A DNA stretch of 64,000 nucleotides from Nemertoderma westbladi (taxonomy: Eukaryota; Animalia; Xenacoelomorpha), in the NCBI GenBank assembly GCA_032718475.1, contig JAUCBJ010003832.1:56392-120391 (forward strand), in the 5' to 3' direction. The translations under genes and the position numbers were made by a program. Numbering within the stretch: the stretch's first letter is position 1; each line of letters starts with the position of its first letter. Shown here in pieces: positions 40,431-50,198 of the stretch. A model generated the notes under the pieces. That model saw nothing but the letters and a program-made list of their open reading frames with translations. It was not told the DNA's origin and ran no database searches.

Positions 40431-40905
40431 CCGTAACAGGGCATGGCCCAGCAGATGAGCTGCATAGCCAATGGTGTGGTGAGTCATGTGCATCAGAGTA
40501 GGTATGGGTGACGGGTCTCATATATGACCCCCCCCCCCCCCCCCCCCCCCCCCTTGGAATGGCAAACAGAATATGCGGATGATCTCGCGAAAGCATTGTG
40601 GATAGGGTGGGGGTGCAAATTTGTTGATAAGCCGGCATAGCATTCTTAATGCACGCTGCATGTCAATTACATGCACCATCGATTGCATGTTGGTGGCAAA
40701 ATATTTTTGTTAAATCAACATAAGTATCTCAATTTGCAGCTTTAATGCAGCAGGACGGCAATAGATAGATAGAGGTCGGCCTACTACTGTAGCTCGACAA
40801 AATGTTTGTTGAAAAGAATTGTGGGTCCATGACCTATACTATAGAATACTATAGACATATAGATATATACTATAGATACGACCAGTGGGCCAGTTAATTC
40901 TCTTA

Positions 40906-41113
40906 GGCCGCGTTCACACTACCGAGTCAAAGTCAAAATCAAAGTCAAAAGACAAAATGGAAAAAAAATGACAAGAAATTAATTTTTTTCTAGAACGCCA
41001 TTATGTATTATATTAGGGCTATATAATATATTATTATTTATTATTGCTAGCTAACTATATTTATTTTCTTTTGTCTTTGACTTTGACTTTGACTCGGTAG
41101 TGTGAACGCGGCC
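40906..41113. mobile_element. PIF/Harbinger-type MITE
   Basis: TIR ggccgcgttcacactaccgagtcaaa / tttgactcggtagtgtgaacgcggcc. Confidence 0.82.
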
Positions 41114-41210
41114 GTAGATAGAACCCTGAAACAATACGTCTAGCGCGTCGAAAGTTCTTGTCCTTAACTAAAATTATGTCCTCTTTCAGATGAGACAAAT
41201 AAAAATTAAA

Positions 41211-41978
41211 TAGCTCCAGTAGTTTTCGAGATATGAGGAATTCTTGGCACCCATACCATATTAACACATTTCAGAATTGATATAATTACATAAAAACATC
41301 ACCCTTCAAAACTTTGGTATAACCATTAAACCATACTTTAACCTTGCTTTCTTGTTTTTTTGAAATCATCATTAGCAATCGAAAGCAAGATTAGAAGCAA
41401 AATTTTCATTTTTTAATAGATACTAAAAAGGCACCAAAAGTGCAAGTCGCACTTTTTTCAAAAGTGGTAAATTTGTCCTACAGTTTGGCTACTTAGGTTT
41501 TAGAATGTGCTGATTCCATGGGGAAGGTCAAATCAATTCACATCAAATACATCTACATCAAATATCTAGGAGAATTGTGTAATATAACAACATGTTGTTA
41601 TTTATATTAGTTATTAGTCAGTTATTTGTGCCCCCTGTGAACATCATATTTAGATAAAGATGGCCGCTATCGCTACTGTGCTACAGTATGGACTGAATAT
41701 ATCGACCGTCGAAATGTACAAATGTTAGTGGAAGGCCCTGGTGTCATCTGTTCTGTAGAAGAGCCCTGGCGAGTCGAATGAACTAAGTGCCACTGTAGAC
41801 CGAGCGCGTGAGCGGCATCTATACACACAGCACTATCCAACTAAAACTGTTCTGTTACGGCCTGCATACCGATTCAGATACTATGTCCAGACCAATTGAG
41901 TAATTTTATCAATCCCGAAAGGTGTTGATATGGTATGGGTGCCAGGAACTCCTCATATCTCGAATACTACTGGAGTTA
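41211..41978. repeat. Inverted repeat pair with approximately 78-bp arms, probably transposon subterminal sequence
   Basis: ctccagtagttttcgagatatgaggaattcttggcacccataccatat versus atatggtatgggtgccaggaactcctcatatctcgaatactactggag. Confidence 0.75.
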
Positions 41979-42207
41979 TTCAATTTTAAAGTTATTAAAA
42001 AAGAAAGAAAAAAGAGGAAAGTCACAAGTCATCAAGTTTTTTTCTTTAAAAAAGAAAGTCACGCGTAAAGACGTTATTTACTAATTTATTGAAGAATTGA
42101 AGAAAATGCATTTTTTTCAAGATGACAAGATCATTCCATGTGGCGCAAAGTAGACTACATGAATTAGAACATTTAATATTTAACAAAGTAGATATATCCA
42201 CACTTAC

Positions 42208-42316
42208 CACATAATGCTGCTGCCAGTTCATCTCTCGAGATTGTCCCATTACCGTCTTTATCGAACGATCTGAATGCTGCTATTACCCTTTCCTCAATAT
42301 CCCGATTCTCAATTAT
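42208..42316 (-). CDS. Calmodulin-like protein exon (EF-hand 3)
   Basis: IIENRDIEERVIAAFRSFDKDGNGTISRDELAAALC; tttag acceptor, gtaagt donor. Confidence 0.93.
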
Positions 42317-42512
42317 CTAAATATTGCAAACATTTCGGTACTTAGTGCATAATTTAACCAATTGGACCACCAGACAAGTTCCAGTTAACATTTAAAAATC
42401 CTTCAAATTCCTACTAAAATATATTAGCACTAATTAATTAATGCCTGTTGTGTTAAACAATTATCGTAATACGCATTCAGGAAGCAGGCCTTCCCGTAAG
42501 AACATGCATGCC

Positions 42513-42681
42513 AAACCTCCCCTACCATATTGATTAACTAGTGTTGGGTATCTCCGCGAACGTGCACAACGAACGCAAACCTCCCCTACCATATTGATTA
42601 ACTAAGTGTTGGGTATCTCCGCGAACGTGCACAACGAACGCAAACCTCCCCTACCATATTGATTAACTAGTGTTGGGTATC
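42513..42681. repeat. Tandem repeat of about 64 bp, 2.6 copies
   Basis: caaacctcccctaccatattgattaactagtgttgggtatc repeated three times. Confidence 0.9.
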
Positions 42682-42707
42682 AACTTTTGCTTTGATACAA
42701 TTCTCAC

Positions 42708-42922
42708 CTTTTGTTCCATGGCTGCTAGTAATTCGTCGAAGTTAAATGCACCATCCGCATCTCTATCGTGGGCTCTCAGCAGATCATCCACTTCGCCTTG
42801 ACTCGGGTTGCATCCGTACGCTTGCATTAAATGGGGCAGCTCTCTATTGCTTATACTCCCGCTGGAATCCTTGTCAAATATTTCAAAAGCATTTCTAAGT
42901 CGCGTTTCTTCGCTTGATGTTA
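42708..42922 (-). CDS. Calmodulin-like protein exon (EF-hands 1 and 2)
   Basis: VTSSEETRLRNAFEIFDKDSSGSISNRELPHLMQAYGCNPSQGEVDDLLRAHDRDADGAFNFDELLAAMEQK; ttttctag acceptor, gtgaga donor; absent from the ORF track. Confidence 0.93.
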
Positions 42923-43076
42923 CTAGAAAAATTTTTAGACAATAAAAGTTTTAATACAATATGCCTTTCTATCCCGCTATTCATTTGAAGCTCCATGATT
43001 TAAATCCCGGTAGGAGATAAAGATGTGTGTGGATCCAAATTATTTTCACGAAAATATAAATTTCGTGGTTAGTAAT

Positions 43077-43827
43077 GCTTTTTATTCTTAAATTGTTACT
43101 CTTTCTTTCCCTAGGGAAAAAAAGTAATCAATAGGATTGCATTGAAATTAACTTTTTTCCCGGCGAAAAAATAGAGTAAATAAAAATATAATATTTTTGG
43201 TACAATTTCTTAAATTTTATTAGGGTTACATGTGTTGAAATAACATCTAATTATAAAAGGACTGAATATGCGGGGGCGGAGGTCGCATCTGTTAGACTGT
43301 ACGGCGAACACACTGACCCTCAACAAGTGGGCATCCGAGGAATATGAGATACGCCGATTGACCATCCTTGGGAACTGGACAACGGGGGGGGGGGGGGGGG
43401 GGGGGGGGGAATACATACAAGTAGACCTGTAAACCCCTTAACTAGTTGAATTAATTTTAATTAACTTTATATATTATTTTTAAGTACTGATATGTTTGCC
43501 AATTTTACCACAACCATGGTGTAATTTCAATAATAATAATTAGAAAAGGATTGCACGTAATTAGAGCAAAATCCATTCACACAGTCAAAAGTTATTGCTC
43601 AACACTCAAAAGTCTGCGCGGCGTACACCAAAACGGAACTCAATATCCAATATTGGTTTATGTTGTTAAGCGGCTCTCTAGTTATGTAATAAATATTCGA
43701 GAACCTAAAATTATTTTAACATTGAGTAAGGCAGCATCAGGAGTTAAAGAGTACAATAATTAGAATCTCAGTAACTATGGGAGCAATAATAATGAATAAT
43801 GCAGTTCAATTTATTTTGTAACACTAT
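43077..43827 (+). repeat. Dispersed repeat, copy 1 (contains an insertion of about 280 bp)
   Basis: Colinear with 48429-48908 (ccctagggaa...caataggattgcattga...gtctgcgcggcgtacaccaaaacgga...tgcagttcaattt). Confidence 0.85.
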
Positions 43828-44139
43828 AGGCCAATAGCTCTATATTTTATTAAAGAATTTTAAGAATAAAATTACGTATTACATGGAGAAAAAAACGTAG
43901 AACTTTATTTTTTCAATATTCTATCGAACCTTTATTAACCTCGCCTATATTCGGTAAATAAAATGCCTTGAGAATAGTGAAGAAAAGTTCTACTACTTAC
44001 CCATGTAATAAATAATTATTTACAGTATATCCAACCCACTCTGAAGCGAAATATGTTTGAGTCAATTAATTAGAAATAAAGGAAATTGCATTGAAAAGTA
44101 CGTAGGAGATAGATGATAGCCCAACAACGAATAACTCAC

Positions 44140-44146
44140 CTGCCAT
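44140..44146 (-). CDS. Calmodulin-like gene, probable start exon (ATG GCA G|gtgagt)
   Basis: Phase-1 mini coding exon with strong donor, compatible with the next exon; an alternative ATG G|gtaagt lies at 44001-44004. Confidence 0.55.
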
Positions 44147-44742
44147 TATTACAGAAATGTGTTAAAAAAACAATATGTTGGTTAGAAGATGGCACTATAA
44201 ATGAAAATCGATAAAATAAAAAGTAAATTATTCAATTCAAGGTCACCAAAATAATGTTTATAATTTTTATAGTGTAAACAAATTTTGTGCGTGCCGTGCA
44301 GTTAATGTAGTTATTGTATTAAATTTGCCACCTTATTGTAAAGGCGAACCATTTAGCAAGTTAATAAATAATTAAGCCTGTTGTATTAACAACAATGCCT
44401 CGTTGCCTAACAACCACCAGTAAACAATCAATGAAGTTATCTTTAATTAAATTATGATTATATTATAGATAATGTTATATTATTGTACGCGTATGCCAAC
44501 ATCATGGAATAGTGTTAGTTGTACCAAGTTCAGTTTAGTTGTAAGGCCTTAACGCAACAGTTCGAATTACGGTCGGCGAGTAGGGTTGATTGTAAGATCT
44601 ATTTTTTTTAATTCAATTATATTACCGATATTAAAACAATAACAACATCCCCCATCCCCACGTTAACTAAAAATACCCTTATCTGCAATTTAATCATGAT
44701 TAAACCATGAAAGCACCATTGTCACTCGATTCAGGGCACTTT

Positions 44743-45130
44743 CTTACCCCTAACCTAACCTGTTACTTCAAACCTAACCTCTTACCCCTAACCTAACCTG
44801 TTACCCCTACCCTAACCTGTTACTTCAAACCTAACCTGTTACCCCTAACCTAACCCCTTACCCCTAACCTAACCTGTTACCCCTACCCTAACCTGTTACT
44901 TCAAACCTAACCTGTTACCCCAAACATAACCTGTTACCCCTACCCTAACCTGTTACTTCAAACAAAAACCTGTTACCCCAAACATAACCTGTTACCCCAA
45001 ACATAACCTGTTACCCCAAACATAACCTGTTACCCCAAACATAACCTGTTACCCCAAACATAACCTGTTACCCCAAACATAACCTGTTACCCCAAACATA
45101 ACCTGTTACCCCAAACATAACCTGTCTAAC
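44743..45130. repeat. 19-bp tandem array containing TTAGG/TTAGGG-like cores
   Basis: Units acccctaacctaacctgtt, acttcaaacctaacctgtt and accccaaacataacctgtt. Confidence 0.92.
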
Positions 45131-46132
45131 CTTTGACTGTTACCAATTAACATGTTACTGAAAATGCTTCTTCTAGTCAAGCAGATTTTCGTGCAACAAG
45201 CCGACTTGGTATAAAGTTAATAATGAATTGATTTCTCCATGTTTTCCATGTTTTCGATGTTTCTATATTTATGTTATCTAGTTTTATGTCAATATAAAAC
45301 AATACTATTATAAATAAAAGTTAACAATTAATTAAAGCAATTAAACAACACAGCCATTTTGTAATCCGTCACATTGATTAAGAATCCCATATGAACTCGG
45401 ATAACTAAATATTTAACATAAAGTCCTGTAATCTAGTACTTTATAAGATTACAGTGCGAGACGGTAATTCTATCAAGAGCTACATAGATTTACGACTTGG
45501 GTTGATAATTTTATTAGAAAATAGATAGACTTTACGACAGATTGACAATCATTTAAAAATTATAATGGCAAATTTATGTATTCTATTTGGGTATTCTTAT
45601 TATTTATAGATAAATATTTACAAACATAATAATGTATGAAAAATCTAGTCCCATTCCTAACATAACACGACTTAATAGTTTATCACGTCAATAATTATTT
45701 GTTTATATTAATTTTTATCAAATCGCATAATTTCGCTTATTACGTTATATTCTAGAACAATAAATCGTATAGGCCTATCGCCTATAGCAACGGTTTTTAA
45801 GTTCTATAGGTTCACATAGTGGACTGTGTGAGTCTCAACACCCTCATATAAAGTATTGTCGCCCGTCTCCTACACTTCTACATAAAACATTCCCGCGTTC
45901 TAACAATGGAGTTATATAATATCTCAATTTTCAAATATAAAAAGTTAACACATTTTTACTTCGTGATTTTTACTTCTCCAAACGAACCGCGTCTTATTCG
46001 AGTTGTTAAGGAATTTATTAAACAAAAAAGTTACAAATCAGATGAAATGATTACTAAATCCATTATATTAAATACAAATAATCGCAACAACTAAAATAAT
46101 ATACAAGTTTCCAAACTGTTCAGTTACTGCGG

Positions 46133-47170
46133 TTACAGGGACATAAGAGAAGAGCTGGCGAGCCCTTTATTGCCGCTCCAGGATTCCTTGGGATAAACCT
46201 TCCGCTTGGATACATCGTCGGGGAGCGAAGGTGTAGGGGGGAGTGAAGGACCGACGAAGGATGGACCGAGGGAAGGTTCGTTGGATACCTCGGGGGCGAG
46301 ATTGAGTTGGGGATGGGGGACGGAAGGATGGGAGGGGATTCCTACGGCTGGGAGGTCGGAGTACAGGTCCGGCTGGAGTCGGGATGGGTGGCGGTGGGGT
46401 GAGGGACCGGGGGGAGGTAAACCGAGGGGCGAGGGACCTAGCGGGGAGGGACCCAGACGGAGGGACTTGGCGGGGAGGATGGAGGTCTGCACGAGGTTGC
46501 GAAACCTACCAACCGAAGGGTCAACGTCCTCCAGGTTTATAATGACGTCATCGTCTTGGAAGTCGACCCCGACGCCGGGTTTCCTTCGCTTCCGCGCGAG
46601 GCGTTCCGAGTTAGCGACCAATTCCTCGGCGGCGCTCAGCAACGGAACCCTTCGGTTGCTCGCCGTGTTGTACTCGGTGAGGTTGTCGAGTTGGCCCTCC
46701 TCCACCGGGAGCCGGACGTGGGTTAGTTTACCGAGTTTACTGTCCCCGGGAGTCGTCGTGGCCGGTTTCTCCCGGAGGGTGTAACTCCGGGTCGACGCCC
46801 CGAACCGGATGACCGAGTCGATGAGAATCGGCGTCGGTTTTAACTCCTCCAGTCGGACGCTGCCGATAAAGGTCCCGTGGGAGCTGTTTAGATCGATAAG
46901 GAAGGACCTCTGGAGGTGTTTGTGGTAGACGAGACAGGCGTGAACTCTGGAGCAACTAGCGTGGTCTATAACAACGTCACAGCACTCCGTGTTCCTCCCG
47001 AAGAAGTAAAACTTCTTCATGTCCACCATGAGTTTTTGAACCATCTTTTCGTCTTTCTTCACGTCGAGGTGCAATCCAGCCGCCGGCTTCCCCACCCAGA
47101 CTGGGACCTCGAATCCCGGAATTACAGGAACTTTTAATTCTTTGGCCGGTTTATTTCGTGATTTTAACAT
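46133..47170 (-). CDS. PPP1R8: Nuclear inhibitor of protein phosphatase 1 (NIPP1), intronless
   Basis: FHA domain (YFFGRN...DHASCSRVHACLVYHKHLQRSFLIDLNSSHGTFIG), LDNLTEYNT, EDVDPSVGRFRNLVQT and C-terminal KRKVYPKESW, all NIPP1-like. Confidence 0.95.
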   Translation of the reverse strand: MLKSRNKPAKELKVPVIPGFEVPVWVGKPAAGLHLDVKKDEKMVQKLMVDMKKFYFFGRNTECCDVVIDHASCSRVHACLVYHKHLQRSFLIDLNSSHGTFIGSVRLEELKPTPILIDSVIRFGASTRSYTLREKPATTTPGDSKLGKLTHVRLPVEEGQLDNLTEYNTASNRRVPLLSAAEELVANSERLARKRRKPGVGVDFQDDDVIINLEDVDPSVGRFRNLVQTSILPAKSLRLGPSPLGPSPLGLPPPGPSPHRHPSRLQPDLYSDLPAVGIPSHPSVPHPQLNLAPEVSNEPSLGPSFVGPSLPPTPSLPDDVSKRKVYPKESWSGNKGLASSSLMSL

Positions 47171-48428
47171 AATGAATTACGATTTCGGATTCCGCAATTA
47201 CCCTATAGATCTTGCGATAATATGCTCGGAGGTGTGGATAGACAGATAGATGGAGTCGTCTTTGCAATAAAATTTCGCAATTTATTACCGTACACCGTAC
47301 ACCGTATGCCAGTATGCCAGTATGCCGTATGTATGTCTCGTAATAAATAATCACAATCTCAATTATTAATCATAAAATCTCAATTATATTTAGGCCTATT
47401 CCTGTATTCTGCTCTATTTTTAACCATTCTGCTTTACTAACTGTACCGTACTATACTAAGTTGGTCTATTTTTAAGTGGTTTTTAATTCTAACACAATAT
47501 CATAATCTATTTAAGTGGTGTCAAAAAGTATACGTTTTTCGAGCGTTTGGTCGAGCGATATTATTCGTCGTATATTATTCGTAGCCAGCGATTATTCGTA
47601 ATATTATATATTAGTCGCAGCGAGACAAATAAGAAAGGGAGACAAAAAATATTACTTTTTTTTGCCACCACTTGCAGTACCGGTACGTCGTTTATTTAAC
47701 GTCTCCTATATTACGCCGCCTATTTCAGCATGAATATCGTCCATCGAAGCTTCTTCCATAGTGAAATTCCGGGCATTACTACACGTTGGGTACCCACACA
47801 TAGTTTGACCAATTTTTTTTATATGAAAACGGCTTTTATCATGAGGTTTTTTTTCTGAACTAAAATTTGACCTTCTGACAGTAGGATGGTATATTTTTCC
47901 AAAAAAATGTTCTAAAAAAAATGTGATCTAGAACAAAAATATTAACAAAAATATTTACCAAAACTACTGTAACACGTGTTCGATAACATTTATAAAATGA
48001 GTTCTAGATAAAAAAAAATGTGTTCTAGAACAATAACATTTATCAAAATTGATAGCTAATACGTGCTCTATAGTGCTCTATAACATTTATAAAAAAATTA
48101 GCAAAAACTCTAGCGAGTTTAAAAAATCAATTCATGGTAATTATTTTGATATTTAATTCAACATTACTATTTTTGTTGACAAAAAGTGTTCTTTTTTGTT
48201 GAACTTGTTAACAACTTTGAGAAAAAAGTGACTTAAAGACAACAAAAAATAATATTTGATTTGATTATTACACCATTATAATGTCACCATTATTCCAGCC
48301 TCAATCTAAAATTAAAATAGCACAGAATGACATATTTACTGGAGAAGCCTAGAGTTGTATTATTACTGTAATGGAATTATAATTATTAATTATTACAGTA
48401 TAATTATATACGTAGGCCTACTAAAATA

Positions 48429-48908
48429 GCTTTTATTCTTAAATTGTTACTTTTTCGCTCGTATATACCCCAAAATCGGGAGATAAAGTTTCACTTTTTT
48501 CCCTAGGGAACATAGTAATCAATAGGATTGCATTGATTTTACTTTTTTCCCGGCGAAAAAAGTAAAGTAAAATATTTTTAGTGGAATTTCTTAAATTTTA
48601 TTACATATATTGAAAGAACATCGACGTAGAAAAGGTTTGCAAGTAATCCATTAACACACTCAAAAGTTATTGCAACCTTAGTGTCTGCGCGGCGTACACC
48701 AAAACGGAGCTCAATATCCAATATTGGTTTGTGTTGTTCAGCGGCTCTCTAGTTACGTAATATATTATTCGAGAACACTAGATTATTTTAACATTGAGTA
48801 GGGTAACATCGGGAGTTGAAAAGTACAGTAATTTGGATTGCAGTAACTATGGAAGCAATATTCTGTAGTAAAATACTGCAGTTCAATTTAATTTATTTTG
48901 TAACACTA
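48429..48908 (+). repeat. Dispersed repeat, copy 2
   Basis: Direct-orientation match to 43077-43827. Confidence 0.85.
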
Positions 48909-48984
48909 CTGTACTGTAGTTTTTTTTTTAAATGTATCTTTACTTAGTTATTAATAGACAACATATAAAAATAATTATCTGTCT

Positions 48985-49400
48985 CCATAAATCTGCCTCC
49001 TTAACATTAGCCCTGAATTTAGTAAATGAAAAACCCCTAATGGAAACCGTTATATCAACCCACCCCGACAACTTCAAAAATGACGACGTCATCGCTGCCT
49101 ACAGAGCCTTCCGCTCTGAACGGGAGGCCAACTTTATATCGCAACGGTATGCCGATGGTCCCGGATTTGCCAGTTCGGTGTGGAAGCGGGCTGGCCAACG
49201 CAACCGCCACCACATTACGCGTGCGACCTCACACGGTTGTCACAACCTCGTCTGCAAAAACTCAACCCCATTTCACACGCTCTCCCCCGAATGCCACTGC
49301 CGATACTGTAACTCAATTTGCGACCGATACCACGCGCTCAGCTGCTCCCAGTACCCATCTCTTGCCTTTCTCGCCTCAAATTAACTCATCTGAATTAACT
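48985..49400 (+). mobile_element. Probable 5'-truncated LINE 3' end (C-terminal zinc knuckle)
   Basis: RHHITRATSHGCHNLVC...CRYCNSICDRYHALSC (CxxC..H..C), C-rich island followed by AT-rich sequence. Confidence 0.55.
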
Positions 49401-49815
49401 GTGTATTACCATGTTACCGTACAATATTTCAATTTTACCCCGCGCGGGGGTGTATATTATAATATTATTAAGTTATTCATCTGTATTAATTAATTTGTAA
49501 TATGCAGGAATACATTTTTTTTTAAACAACCTATATAGTTTCCTACCTAATATATGACATAATTCCAATATTTTCAAACACATTGCTTTTTTTATTTCAA
49601 ATCACGTAAGATTAGCAATATGTCAAAACCAATTTAATTTTACTCCAAAATGAAATTAGAATGAATAATGCTGTTGGAAATAATTACCTAAAATTACGTC
49701 TTGAACACGTCTTAATGACACATCTACTTACCACTTATACCTACTGACTGACTACAGTATGAGTACAGTATATTTATATTAGTGGTGGGTATATTTTGGT
49801 TAGTTATTTATATAG

Positions 49816-50198
49816 GTGGTGGATGTGAGTGGGTAGGAAAGTAATGAGGTGGGTGCGTGTGGGTAGGATAGGAAGGTAATATGGTTGGTGTGAGTGGGTA
49901 GGAAGGTAATGTGGTGGGTGTTGTGGGTAGGAAGGTAATGAGGTGGATGTGAGTGGGTATGAAGGTAATATGGTGGGTGTGAGTGGGTAGGAAGGTAATA
50001 TTGTGGGTATGAGTGGGTAGGAAGGTAATGAGGTGGGTGTGAGTGGGTAGGAAGGTAATGAAGTGGGTGTGAGTGGGTAGGAAGGTAATGAAGTGGGTTT
50101 GAGTGGGCAGGAAGGTAATATGGTGGGTGTGAGTGGGTAGGAAGGCAATGAGGTGGGTGTGAGTGGGTAGGACGGTACTATGGTGGGTGTGAGTGGTG
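49816..50198. repeat. 30-bp G-rich minisatellite, about 12-13 copies
   Basis: Unit ggtgggtgtgagtgggtaggaaggtaatga. Confidence 0.93.

Noticed and set aside
46206-47137. Antisense and alternative-frame ORFs over NIPP1 (similarly over CAPZB, the KCNQ last exon and the receptors)
   Set aside because: Expected by-products of real coding sequence, especially where it is GC-rich; no independent motifs.
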